The notes beneath the pieces are model-generated. The model was not told the origin of the DNA and searched no databases. It was given only the letters and a program-made list of their open reading frames with translations. The position numbers and the translations under genes were made by a program. Below are positions 39,578 through 49,064 of a DNA stretch of 64,000 nt, in pieces; within the stretch, counting starts at the first letter, position 1; each line of letters begins with the position of its first letter. Source of the DNA: Verrucomicrobiia bacterium (GTDB taxonomy: Bacteria > Verrucomicrobiota > Verrucomicrobiia > Limisphaerales > UBA1319); the NCBI GenBank assembly GCA_963664225.1, contig OY760937.1:5056001-5120000 (forward strand). Reading direction: 5' to 3'.

Positions 39578-40276
39578 ATGCTTGAAGCGTTAAAGAAAGA
39601 GGTTTGCGCGGCGAATCTCGAACTCGTGGCCGAGGGCCTGGTGATACAAACCTGGGGAAATGTCAGCGGCATTGACCGCGCTGCGGGTTCTGTTGTGATC
39701 AAACCCTCCGGGGTGCCTTATGGCGACATGAAACCGGAGCACATGGTGGTGGTATCAATGGAAACCGGCAAGGTTCTGGAAGGGGACCTCAAACCCAGTT
39801 CGGACACGGCCACACACCTGGCGTTATACCGGGCGTTCAAAAACATCGGCGGCATCGTTCACACGCACAGCCTCTACGCCACCGCATGGGCGCAAGCCTG
39901 CCGGGACATACCGGCCCTGGGCACCACGCATGCGGATTATTTTCACGGCCCTGTGCCCTGCACGCGACAATTGACCTCGTCGGAGATTCAGGGGGATTAC
40001 GAAGCCAACACCGGCCTGGTCATTGTGGAACGATTTGCCGGACTGGACCCGATGCATCAAGCGGCGGTAATCGTGGCGAGTCACGGGCCATTTGCCTGGG
40101 GAAAATCCGCGCACGAAGCGGTTCATAATGCGGTCATTCTTGAGCACCTGGCCCTGTTGGCGAGCGAAACGGTAAGGATCGCTCCGTTCATTGGCGCCAT
40201 GCAGACCGAATTGTTGGACAAACATTTCCTGCGAAAACACGGCCCCGGCGCCTATTACGGCCAGGGTAAAGGCTGA
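39578..40276 (+). CDS. araD: L-ribulose-5-phosphate 4-epimerase
   Basis: TWGNVS, IKPSGV, PSSDT.TH, VHTHS, GTTHADYF, HGPF.WG, RKHG..AYYGQ; start ATG 39578. Confidence 0.96.
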   Translation: MLEALKKEVCAANLELVAEGLVIQTWGNVSGIDRAAGSVVIKPSGVPYGDMKPEHMVVVSMETGKVLEGDLKPSSDTATHLALYRAFKNIGGIVHTHSLYATAWAQACRDIPALGTTHADYFHGPVPCTRQLTSSEIQGDYEANTGLVIVERFAGLDPMHQAAVIVASHGPFAWGKSAHEAVHNAVILEHLALLASETVRIAPFIGAMQTELLDKHFLRKHGPGAYYGQGKG

Positions 40277-40442
40277 TCAATATTCGTGTTTTCCTATTTC
40301 GTGCCAATAATAGTTTGAAGATTATCCGTAATCGTTCCCGGTGCTTCAATCGGGATCGCGCGGCTGAGAAGGACGCTGTTGAGTTGCGTTGCGAAAAAAT
40401 GGGCTGTTGAGTCCTTCGTTTATTTGATAGACACACCCGCGA

Positions 40443-41519
40443 TTGAAAACGGCTGATTTTGATTATGATTTGCCCGCCGAGTTGATTGCCCAGCAACCGA
40501 CCGCGGAGCGCGACCAATCGCGGTTGTTGGTTTTGGACCGGCGTGACGGCAGTGTGCAACACCATCGGTTTGTCGATTTACCTGGATTTCTCAAGGCTGG
40601 AGACCTGGTCGTATTCAATGATTCCCGCGTCATCCGAGCACGCCTGCGCGGGATTCGTCCGGCATCCGGCGGACGTTTTGAAATACTGTTACTCTCTGAA
40701 AATCAGGTTAACGACTGGTGGGTGATGATGAAGCCTGGGAAGCGTGTGAAGCCTGGAAGCCCGTTGAAGTTTCTCGATTTGTCAGGTCAGATCGATGCCG
40801 TGGAGGCCGTGGTGGAAGAAAAGAATGACGAAGGCCATTGTCGTCTCCGGTTTCTCGGCACGAAGGATCTGCGGAACGATTTGGAGCGGATCGGCGAGGT
40901 GCCGCTGCCTCCATACATTGAGCGCGCTGCGGGTATCCAGACTCCTGAGGATGTCACACGCTATCAGACTGTCTATGCACAGCACGCGGGATCTGTGGCG
41001 GCGCCCACTGCGGGCCTGCATTTCACCACGCGGATGATGGATTCGCTAAGACAGCGTGGGGTGGAAACGGCGTTTGTCACTCTCCATGTCGGACCGGGAA
41101 CCTTTGCGCCTGTGAAAGAAGAGGATTTGTCGCGGCATCCAATGCACGAGGAATCATTCGAGATCAGCGCGAGTTCGGCAGGGCAAATTCTTAAAGCCCG
41201 CGCTGAGAAAAGGCGCGTGATTGCGGTGGGAACGACCAGCATGCGCGTGCTTGAAAGTTCAGCGGCACATAACAGCGGTTGCGTTGCGGCCATGCGCGGG
41301 TCCACTAGGTTGTTCATCCATCCCCCGTATGATTTCAAGGTGGTCGATGTTCTGTTGACCAATTTTCACCTTCCCAAATCGACACTGTTGATGCTGGTTT
41401 GTGCATTTGCATCGCCAGGATCGCTGGTGGGTTGCTCGCATGTGTTGAATGCCTATCAAGAAGCCATCAAGAATCGCTACCGTTTCTTCAGCTACGGGGA
41501 TGCGATGCTGGTATTGTGA
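40443..41519 (+). CDS. queA: S-adenosylmethionine:tRNA ribosyltransferase-isomerase
   Basis: FDYDLPAELIAQ, PLPPYI, YQTVYA..GSVAAPTAGLHF, TNFHLPKSTL, YRFFSYGDAM. Confidence 0.97.
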   Translation: MKTADFDYDLPAELIAQQPTAERDQSRLLVLDRRDGSVQHHRFVDLPGFLKAGDLVVFNDSRVIRARLRGIRPASGGRFEILLLSENQVNDWWVMMKPGKRVKPGSPLKFLDLSGQIDAVEAVVEEKNDEGHCRLRFLGTKDLRNDLERIGEVPLPPYIERAAGIQTPEDVTRYQTVYAQHAGSVAAPTAGLHFTTRMMDSLRQRGVETAFVTLHVGPGTFAPVKEEDLSRHPMHEESFEISASSAGQILKARAEKRRVIAVGTTSMRVLESSAAHNSGCVAAMRGSTRLFIHPPYDFKVVDVLLTNFHLPKSTLLMLVCAFASPGSLVGCSHVLNAYQEAIKNRYRFFSYGDAMLVL

Positions 41520-41530
41520 GCTGACATTGG

Positions 41531-41562
41531 AATAATAAAGGCGCCCCGGTTAAGAGGCGCCT
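41531..41562 (-). terminator. Probable rho-independent terminator for the minus-strand oxidoreductase
   Basis: AGGCGCC/GGCGCCT stem followed on the minus strand by TTATTATT. Confidence 0.55.
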
Positions 41563-41586
41563 GGCGCGAGAGCATTTCGCAATTCT

Positions 41587-42903
41587 TTAGTCAATAAAGC
41601 TGTAGTCGTAAGGCTTGCGCATTTCGCGCGTGAGCCACTTGTCGGCCTCGGGGTCGTTGACAAATGTCTCGGCGTCCGGATTCCACTTCAGAGGCCGGCC
41701 CAAACGCACGGAGAGCACGCCCAAGTGAGCCACGGAGATGGAGCGGTGGCCAATTTCGGCTTCGCAGATGGGCGTTTTGCGGGAGCGGATGCATTCGAAG
41801 AAATTGCCCATGTGATTGTCGCTCTTGTAGAGGCGGATGGCGTTCGATGGCAATGGCTCTTCGATGAGTTCCTTTTTGCTGGCCTCAATTTTGCCACGGC
41901 TGACGAAAATCCAGCCTTCAGGACCCTCGAACCGGATGCCGTTCTCGAGTTTATGCGTGCTGTCGTCGCACACCGTCATGCGCACGCCATTGGCGTATTT
42001 GAACTCGATCTTGTATTTGGCGGCAGCGGTGTAGCCTCCGGGAATCATGTCGGCCAGCGATTTGCCGTTGATCTCGACAGGACCGGTGCGCTCGGTTCCA
42101 TTGGCCCATTGGGCGATGTCGTTATGGTGGGCGCCCCAATCGGTCATCTGGCCGCCGGAGTAATCATACCACCAGCGAAAATTCCAATGGGTGTTGTGGC
42201 CGTTGAAATCGACCTTGGGGGCCTGGCCGAGATAGTAATCGTAGTTGAGTTCAGCCGGCACAGGCAGCGCTTTGAAGGGGCCTTCGATGGGACCGGTGGG
42301 CAGGGCGACGACGATGTGCTCGATTTTGCCCAAACGCCCATTGCGGATCAGTTCACAGGCCAGGCGGAAACGCGGATCGCTGCGCTGCTGACTGCCAGTC
42401 TGGAAAATGGTTTTCTTGTCCTTGACAGCCTGGACCAATCGTTTGCCTTCGCCAATGGTGAGAGTAAGAGGCTTTTCGCTGTAGATGTCCTTGCCCGCCT
42501 TGATGGCGGCCAGGTTGACCAGTGTGTGCCAATGATCCGGTGTGCCCGTGATGACGACGTGAACATCTTCCCGTTCCATGACCTTGCGGAAGTCGTTGTA
42601 GATGACGGGCGTTTTGCCGTCTTTCGTAAATTGCTTTGCAGCCTCTTCAGCGTGTTTTTGATCGACATCGCAGACGGCGACGACGTCTCCGTAATTTTGA
42701 GCCCAGGAACAGTCGCCCCGACCCTGGCCACCACAGCCCACCAAGGCGATACCCGGTTTGTCATTTGGGGAAAGGGGTTTGGGAGTAGCGGCGTAGCTAT
42801 TGGATTCCTCGATGAACCAGAGGGGAAGGGCTGCGCCCGCTCCGGCAAATGCGGTGGCTTTCAAAAAGCTCCGCCGATTGATATGGATTTTAAATGAGTT
42901 CAT
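41587..42903 (-). CDS. Tat-exported Gfo/Idh/MocA family oxidoreductase
   Basis: NRRSFLK signal; VGCGGQG, TPDHWH, SEKPL, GSQQRS, DWGAHHND; start ATG 42903. Confidence 0.93.
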   Translation of the reverse strand: MNSFKIHINRRSFLKATAFAGAGAALPLWFIEESNSYAATPKPLSPNDKPGIALVGCGGQGRGDCSWAQNYGDVVAVCDVDQKHAEEAAKQFTKDGKTPVIYNDFRKVMEREDVHVVITGTPDHWHTLVNLAAIKAGKDIYSEKPLTLTIGEGKRLVQAVKDKKTIFQTGSQQRSDPRFRLACELIRNGRLGKIEHIVVALPTGPIEGPFKALPVPAELNYDYYLGQAPKVDFNGHNTHWNFRWWYDYSGGQMTDWGAHHNDIAQWANGTERTGPVEINGKSLADMIPGGYTAAAKYKIEFKYANGVRMTVCDDSTHKLENGIRFEGPEGWIFVSRGKIEASKKELIEEPLPSNAIRLYKSDNHMGNFFECIRSRKTPICEAEIGHRSISVAHLGVLSVRLGRPLKWNPDAETFVNDPEADKWLTREMRKPYDYSFID

Positions 42904-43060
42904 GAAGTGGATTGGACTCTTAATGCAGAATGGCGTCAATGTGTAAATCGGATGAAAAAAACGCCGCGCATTTTATCAAAAAGGGATGAGTGTCCAAGGA
43001 TCAAAATAGACATGAGCGGACATGCCGTTCAAACCGTGATGCGCACAACTTGATGCGGGG

Positions 43061-44059
43061 TTATCGTTCCAGATTTGGAGTGGTTTTCTGACAGGTGGAT
43101 GGATATTGGATGAGAATATTGGCTGCAGTGATCAAGCTGCCACCGACAATCAAACGCAGTGTGAGGGATTCGTTGGCATAATTCAGGCCGCCGAGCGCCG
43201 AAAACCAGCCGGGCAAAACCAACGCAAAACAACTGGCAAAAAGCGGTTCACTGCAATAGATCAAACCGGCTTCAGTGGCGGAAACGTCTGGCTGCCAGCG
43301 GTTCATGAGCAGATAGGCTGCGAGGGTGCAGAGAAACACGAGCCAGCCAATGAAAAAGAGGACATGCGGAGCACTCAGGGCGACGATCCAATCGGTGGCA
43401 TGCTGAGTGGTGATGAGCGCCGTAGGAAAACAGGATAAGGCCATGATGGCAAACATGATGCAGGTGACCGTTTCGAATCGGTTTTTTCTAAATACAGAAC
43501 GTTCGAGCCAGACGATCTGACCTGTGAACAGAATGGAGCCTAGAAGGGTTTCCACCTCGCCCCGGCCCAATTGCATCGATTGCATCGCATGCCAATCCAA
43601 TTGGGCCAGGACGGCAACTCCGGCCATGACCACAATGCAACTGACGATGATACGCGTTGCGGGCCAGCGCCAATGGCGCAAAGCGACATACAGGGGAATG
43701 GTCACACAGTAGAACTGGGTTATAAAAGCCGAAGTTGAAGCGCTGGTGTAAGCCAGGCCGTCCATTTGAAAAAGAAGACCTGTTCCCCCAAACAAACCCA
43801 GGCCCAAGCCTTGCCAGCATTCCAACCAGGTGCATTGAGCCAGGCGCTTATTCAACCATAGCCCGAGGATAAGGGCCGCCAAACCGAAGCGCGCGCAGAG
43901 AGTCACCGAGGAGCAGAACCAGGTGCTCGCCTCGGGCAATAGCATGTGTTGGGCGGTCAAAATGGATTTGAGTGTTGGGAAACTGGTGCCCCAAAGCACT
44001 GTTGCCACCACCAGCCATTGTATCGCGCGCCATTTTTTCGATTCCGGGGAAACGGACAT
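43061..44059 (-). CDS. DMT/EamA family transporter
   Basis: LWGTSF, RF, GLAYTSAS.SAFI, EPLFA; about 10 hydrophobic segments. Confidence 0.9.
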   Translation of the reverse strand: MSVSPESKKWRAIQWLVVATVLWGTSFPTLKSILTAQHMLLPEASTWFCSSVTLCARFGLAALILGLWLNKRLAQCTWLECWQGLGLGLFGGTGLLFQMDGLAYTSASTSAFITQFYCVTIPLYVALRHWRWPATRIIVSCIVVMAGVAVLAQLDWHAMQSMQLGRGEVETLLGSILFTGQIVWLERSVFRKNRFETVTCIMFAIMALSCFPTALITTQHATDWIVALSAPHVLFFIGWLVFLCTLAAYLLMNRWQPDVSATEAGLIYCSEPLFASCFALVLPGWFSALGGLNYANESLTLRLIVGGSLITAANILIQYPSTCQKTTPNLER

Positions 44060-44385
44060 TGCCCGAGTCGTTTACCAGAAAAACCATCTCAAACAAGCTG
44101 CGAATGAAATTCCCGGCGTTGACGAAAGGTGTTTTCACCATCGAAAAGTTGAAAACAACTTGTGAAACAGAGGATAATGGCTGGTGCCGCGTTCTGTTTA
44201 ATCGAGGTTCCTTCGAACTGTGGATGTTTTTACAAGAGATGGCCGGCAAGCGGTTTATTTGACACGCTCTTGACGCACTTTACCCCCTTAAATTAGCCGC
44301 CAATCGGGCTTATCGCCTTTAAACGCAAGGGATTGAGGGGGAATGTAATAGTTCATATGTAGCCATACATATATCGATATTATAT

Positions 44386-44414
44386 TTGACTATAAAACGC
44401 GCGTAACGTATTAT
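44386..44414 (+). promoter_or_regulatory. sigma70 promoter of the transposase
   Basis: TTGACT-17 bp-TATTAT, ending 9 nt before the in-frame ATG at 44424. Confidence 0.7.
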
Positions 44415-46052
44415 GTGGCCATTATGAAGTCCGGCAAGCGTTTCCACCTCGAAATCCAAAGCCACAGGGCCAATCCCATCGGCCTGATCCGCTCTTCCTA
44501 CCGCGACTCCGACACCCAAGCTGTCAAACACACCCAGCACGGGCGCATCACCGGCGTGTCCCTGGACCAGCTCAAGCTGATCCAGGCCGCCTTTCAGGGC
44601 AAGGTCGTCCCCAAGGAGGATCCCAACGCCTTCCAATGCACCGATTCCAGGGAATACGGGGCCAGCCATGCCGTTGTGGAAACGGCCCGCCAATTGGGTT
44701 TGGACACCATTCTTTACTCCCGCAACGAGCCGTGGGTCCGGGATTGCCTGGCCATGATTGCTGGCCGGGTGGTTTATGCGGGCAGCAAACTGGCCCTGTC
44801 CCACCAGACCAAAAACAGCGCTCTGTGGGAGATCTGCGGGGTCACTGGCGAGGTGGATGTTGAAGACCACTGCTACCGGCCGATGGACCGGTTGCTGGAG
44901 CGCCAGGAGGCCATTCAAAAAGCCCTGGCCAAAAAACATCTGCGCAATGGCCATGTCGTGCTCTACGACATCACCAGCAGCTATTTTGAGGGGGCCTACG
45001 AGCAAAGCGACGTCGTGCTTTTCGGCTACAACCGGGACTGCAAGAGCGGACACGAGCAGGTGGTCCTGGGTTTGCTCTGCGACGAGCGGGGCTGTCCGGT
45101 GGGCATCGAACTCTTTGCGGGCAACACGCAGGATGCCCAGACGGTGATCGATAAAATCCAGGAGCTGCGCCGTGAATACGGTTTGAGCGAGGTGACCTTC
45201 GTGGGCGACCGGGGCATGATCACCCAGGCCAACGCGCAGAAGCTTGAAAAGGTCCAGGGACTGCACACGCTCAGCGCGCTGACCCATCGGCAGATGTTCG
45301 AACTGCTGGAGCGCAAAGTCATCCAACTCGAATTGTTCGACGAAAAGAAGATCGCCGAGGTGACCGACCCGGACAAGCCCGGCCAGCGCTATTGTCTCTG
45401 CCGCAATCCAGACACTCAGGCCCGGGAAACGGCCACCCGCCAACGGTTGCTCGAGCTCACCCGCCAGGGTATGGACAAGCTCGTCGAGCCCAAGAAAAAA
45501 AGGACCCCTGAGAAACTCGGTTCCCAGGTGGGGCGGCTGCTGGAAAAATACAAAATGGGTAAATTCATCCACTGGGAGGTTAAAGAGGGGCGGCTGGAAT
45601 ACCATTTGAAGCAGGAAGCCATCGGGCAGGAACAACTGCTGGACGGCTGTTACATTATTACCACCACCGTGACGGAAAGCCAGATGAAGACGGCCCAAGT
45701 GGTGGCCACCTACAAAAGCCTCACCTTTGTCGAGCAGGCCTTCCGCACCCTCAAGACCGTGGCCCTGGAGATTCGGCCGGTGTATCACAAAAAGGATGAT
45801 CGCATCCGCAGCCATGTGTTTTTATGCATGCTCGCCTATTACGTTTACTGGCACATGAAGCAACGATTGCAGCCGCTCTTTGAAAAGGATGGCAAGGGAA
45901 AGAAACGTCAATGGACCATGGAAAATGTGATTGAGCATTTGCGCGGCATCCGCAAACAACAAGTCAGCGTGGGCGGCGTGCACTTTGAGCAAATCTCTCA
46001 GCCCAACGAACAGCAGCAGGAAATCCTGAATCTGCTCGGAATCAAGCTGTAG
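44415..46052 (+). CDS. IS1634-family DDE transposase
   Basis: LYDITSSYFEG, FGYNRD, FAGNTQD, VGDRGM, YK.L..VEQAFR.LK, IRPVYH..RIRSHVFLCMLAY; start may be ATG 44424. Confidence 0.93.
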   Translation: MAIMKSGKRFHLEIQSHRANPIGLIRSSYRDSDTQAVKHTQHGRITGVSLDQLKLIQAAFQGKVVPKEDPNAFQCTDSREYGASHAVVETARQLGLDTILYSRNEPWVRDCLAMIAGRVVYAGSKLALSHQTKNSALWEICGVTGEVDVEDHCYRPMDRLLERQEAIQKALAKKHLRNGHVVLYDITSSYFEGAYEQSDVVLFGYNRDCKSGHEQVVLGLLCDERGCPVGIELFAGNTQDAQTVIDKIQELRREYGLSEVTFVGDRGMITQANAQKLEKVQGLHTLSALTHRQMFELLERKVIQLELFDEKKIAEVTDPDKPGQRYCLCRNPDTQARETATRQRLLELTRQGMDKLVEPKKKRTPEKLGSQVGRLLEKYKMGKFIHWEVKEGRLEYHLKQEAIGQEQLLDGCYIITTTVTESQMKTAQVVATYKSLTFVEQAFRTLKTVALEIRPVYHKKDDRIRSHVFLCMLAYYVYWHMKQRLQPLFEKDGKGKKRQWTMENVIEHLRGIRKQQVSVGGVHFEQISQPNEQQQEILNLLGIKL

Positions 46053-46202
46053 CCATTTTGTTGAAATTCAAAATGAGTTCCACACCCTTGATTCTATTGG
46101 AGATTTCTTGTTTTTAAGCGGGGTAAAGTGCGTCTTGAACAGGCGCAATCCACTTGAACCAATGACTAAGTTGACATCCAACTCTCCACTTCAGTGTCGA
46201 TT

Positions 46203-47819
46203 TCAAATGGATTTGGATGCAGGATCAGAAGACGCAGGAGTCACGTGGAATGGGAGCGATCCGATGCTCTTTCGAAGGTAGCTCATGATGTCCAGCAGGT
46301 TCAATGTGCCTTCGGTGGAGATGGGGTTATTCCGTGTTTGCTGGAGGGATGAAAGGTTGGTTCCAGTTTGGTAAATCAGGCAAGGGATGTATTCCTTACC
46401 GTCCGAAACATCGGAATGGAAGAGGTCTGATTTGATTGATGCCGTGTGATCCCCATACATGACCAGCGTCGTGCCAGAAGGCAATTGGTGGAAGAAGTCA
46501 GCGAGGCAGTTGTCCAAATAACGCAATGCGTTAATGTAGCGTTCCGCGTCGTTTTGCGGGTTGGAAAAGAGCTGCATATCCCCGGGCAGCAATTGCTGGA
46601 AAGGCGTATGGGTGTCCAGGGTAATGGCAAAGATATAGGCGCGGGATTCGCTTCGCATGCCCTTAAGAAGAGAGCTGAATAGGGCGGCGTCACGAATTCC
46701 AATGCTGCTGGTGGGGAGGTTTTCCCTGACGAGTTGCTCCTTAAAGAAAACATGGTCGAAGCCGAGTTGGTCCATCACTGTTCCCCGGCCGTAAAAAAGG
46801 GCGGTGTTGCCGTGGTAGAAAAAGGAGGCGAATCCGTGCGCTTCCATGAACTGCGGCATGGCGTTCGTATAGACCAGGCCGGGCAACCGGTAGGGAACCA
46901 TGCCGGGATAAGGTTCATAGCCGGTGGTGGCGGCATAATCCATATCGCAACTGCCGCTCGAGTGGAAGGACAGGAGTCGGAAATACATGCTCTCTTCCTT
47001 GAGACTTCGCAGAAACGGCATCACGGACTTGCCATTTACCTCGGCGGCTATCGCATTTCCTCCCACCGACTCCAATTGGAGCACTATTAAATGACCCGGA
47101 ACATGGACGGGGGTTTCCAATGGGGAAAGGCGATCGTAGCGATGGGTCAGGTATTCCTGGGCGCGTTGGGAATGAGCCTTGATGTCCCGATTCGCCAGGA
47201 TGTCGCAAATCCAAGGGAGGGTGTAACCATAGGTGTAAACGGCTCGTCCCATGGCTGCGTTGGGCTTGAGGCTCAGCTTGAATGAAGTCAGTTGGAGCGC
47301 CAGAATTGGAATGGTGATTACCGCTACAAATGCCGCCAGAATGCGCCTGCGGACGGGCGGAGCGATCTTGTGGGAGCCGGATTTCCACAATAACCAGAAC
47401 TGAACTGTCACCGATCCCAGCAGCACTGCCAAGGTGTCCCAGGCGATGAAACTGAAAAGATGAGATCCCATGCTCAAGCCCTCCCGCCACTGGTAGCAGG
47501 CTTGAACCGGCAGCAGCGGCCCATGAAAATAGGCTGAGTAAGTTCCAAGGACGGTCAGGGCCATGAAATTCAAGCCGATCAGCGGCATGAGAAGTCTGCG
47601 GGGGAGTAATAAGACCGCCAGAAGGGTCACGCTCAGATCCAGAAAGAACCGAAAGCCCTGATAGAGCAGTGGGTGCTTCATCCAAGGCACCGTCTCGAAA
47701 GCCTTGCTCTGAATCCAAAACAAAACCATCGCCCAAACCAGCGGGCAGAGAAAACGATATAACACCCAAGTTTTATTGGTTTGCCAGGCATTCCGCCAGA
47801 ATTCGGCCATATTGTTCAT
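46203..47819 (-). CDS. Membrane-anchored sulfatase-like / LTA-synthase-family transferase
   Basis: About 5 N-terminal TM helices; LQLES, HGN..FY.R, ITLDTHTPF, YGDH alkaline-phosphatase-superfamily motifs. Confidence 0.82.
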   Translation of the reverse strand: MNNMAEFWRNAWQTNKTWVLYRFLCPLVWAMVLFWIQSKAFETVPWMKHPLLYQGFRFFLDLSVTLLAVLLLPRRLLMPLIGLNFMALTVLGTYSAYFHGPLLPVQACYQWREGLSMGSHLFSFIAWDTLAVLLGSVTVQFWLLWKSGSHKIAPPVRRRILAAFVAVITIPILALQLTSFKLSLKPNAAMGRAVYTYGYTLPWICDILANRDIKAHSQRAQEYLTHRYDRLSPLETPVHVPGHLIVLQLESVGGNAIAAEVNGKSVMPFLRSLKEESMYFRLLSFHSSGSCDMDYAATTGYEPYPGMVPYRLPGLVYTNAMPQFMEAHGFASFFYHGNTALFYGRGTVMDQLGFDHVFFKEQLVRENLPTSSIGIRDAALFSSLLKGMRSESRAYIFAITLDTHTPFQQLLPGDMQLFSNPQNDAERYINALRYLDNCLADFFHQLPSGTTLVMYGDHTASIKSDLFHSDVSDGKEYIPCLIYQTGTNLSSLQQTRNNPISTEGTLNLLDIMSYLRKSIGSLPFHVTPASSDPASKSI

Positions 47820-47896
47820 TCCGCTTTCAACTCAGGTTGTCGAATAATAAAGACAACCCTTGCATATCAAAACGATTCTTTGAGTTGCAGGAAAAA

Positions 47897-47914
47897 TAGC
47901 AAATTCTGTGCCAG
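47897..47914 (-). promoter_or_regulatory. sigma54 (-24/-12) promoter
   Basis: Minus strand reads CTGGCACAGAATTTGCTA: GG-N10-GC with the TGGCAC..TTGC consensus, about 80 bp upstream of ATG 47819. Confidence 0.75.
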
Positions 47915-48028
47915 GCAATGAGGGGCATCAAACCGAGGAAAAGGAGGGCTGATCCCTGCCGGGGCCGTGGAAGATCTGGGGCGAGATGGGGTGTGTCCGT
48001 CGAGGACGGATGACAGGCTTTCCGGGCC

Positions 48029-48832
48029 CTACTTAAATGTGGTTCGTTGAGCGATCCAGAGGATGTCCCGCTTGTCCGAGTCCACGGCGACAGGAAAGCC
48101 GTCCGTGTTTTTCAGAACCGGTCTTTTTGTGGATGGAGACAGCCATTTCTTAATCTCGGCGTGGCCGTCGGCGAAGGAGAAGCCGCAGGCACCATTGTGA
48201 TAGGAAGCTGGAAGGTCACTCCATGTCCAACGCTCGCTGGGGTCGGCGCTGGTGCACCAAACGTACCAACCGTCGTTAATACTGTCGGGATGCTCGTCCA
48301 GAGTGACAAAGATCATGGAGGGATTCTTGATATCGGTGAGTTTGATGAACTGCCGCCAGGCGGCGTTGATCGCGGAGCCGGAGTCGTCGAAGGGACCGAC
48401 AAACGCGTTCATGGAAATGCTCCTCGTACGCTGTCCAAAGGGGCAGGGGATAAGATCGGCTGGACATTTGAAGACACCGACGTTTTTGGAGACATAACGT
48501 CCCAAGAGCGCTCCTCTGATTAAATCCAGGTTCGTGTTCTGGGGGTCGGCGGTCCAACTCATGACGTTGCCGACCCAGTTGTTGCTGGGATTGTTTACGG
48601 TTCCGGCGGCGGTTTTATTGTAAACCAAACGGTCGGTGTAGTCATCGGCATACATGCGCCAGGCCAGGATGAGCTGTTTGTTGTTGTTCATGCACATGAT
48701 GCCCTGTCCTTTGGCCTTGGCCTTGGAAAGGGCGGGGAGCAGCATGCCAGCCAGAATTGCAATAATGGCAATGACGACGAGCAGTTCAATCAAGGTGAAT
48801 GCTCCATTAACGCGAGGATGAAACCTTTTCAT
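48029..48832 (-). CDS. Prepilin-type N-terminal cleavage/methylation protein with H-X9-DG motif
   Basis: [54 protein letters not shown]; start ATG 48832. Confidence 0.92.
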   Translation of the reverse strand: MKRFHPRVNGAFTLIELLVVIAIIAILAGMLLPALSKAKAKGQGIMCMNNNKQLILAWRMYADDYTDRLVYNKTAAGTVNNPSNNWVGNVMSWTADPQNTNLDLIRGALLGRYVSKNVGVFKCPADLIPCPFGQRTRSISMNAFVGPFDDSGSAINAAWRQFIKLTDIKNPSMIFVTLDEHPDSINDGWYVWCTSADPSERWTWSDLPASYHNGACGFSFADGHAEIKKWLSPSTKRPVLKNTDGFPVAVDSDKRDILWIAQRTTFK

Positions 48833-49064
48833 ACTTCGAGGGGATGCTGGAGAATTGTCGAACACCACAAAGGGGATCGCCATATTTGAATGAGTTTCAG
48901 CCTGTCGTTTTTTGCGTGAGCCTGTTGTATCAAGATACGTCGTTCCACAGGGCAATCAACAGGTCAAAAGCAATGGAATTGAATCAAGCGGCGTCTCCAC
49001 CGGCTTTGCTAAAGGCCACAGGGCCTTCGACTCGTGCCGGGGAGACGCCGCCGTTTGAACGGGA

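Larger units (their letters stand above)
44274..46132 (+). mobile_element. Complete IS1634-family insertion sequence (1859 bp)
   Basis: Terminal inverted repeats CGCACTTTACCCC (44274-44286 and 46120-46132) flanked by the 6-bp direct repeat TCTTGA (44268-44273; 46133-46138). Confidence 0.92.

Noticed and set aside
41725..42897. 390-aa plus-strand ORF (also 51569-52669 minus, 33735-34757 plus, 56622-57716 minus)
   Set aside because: Antisense shadows of motif-supported genes.
43848..44249. 133-aa ORF next to the IS, possible disrupted gene
   Set aside because: Overlaps the DMT gene out of frame and has no continuation beyond the right IS end; the insertion appears intergenic.
44319..45815. 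498-aa minus-strand ORF within the IS
   Set aside because: Mirror frame of the transposase with no recognisable domain.
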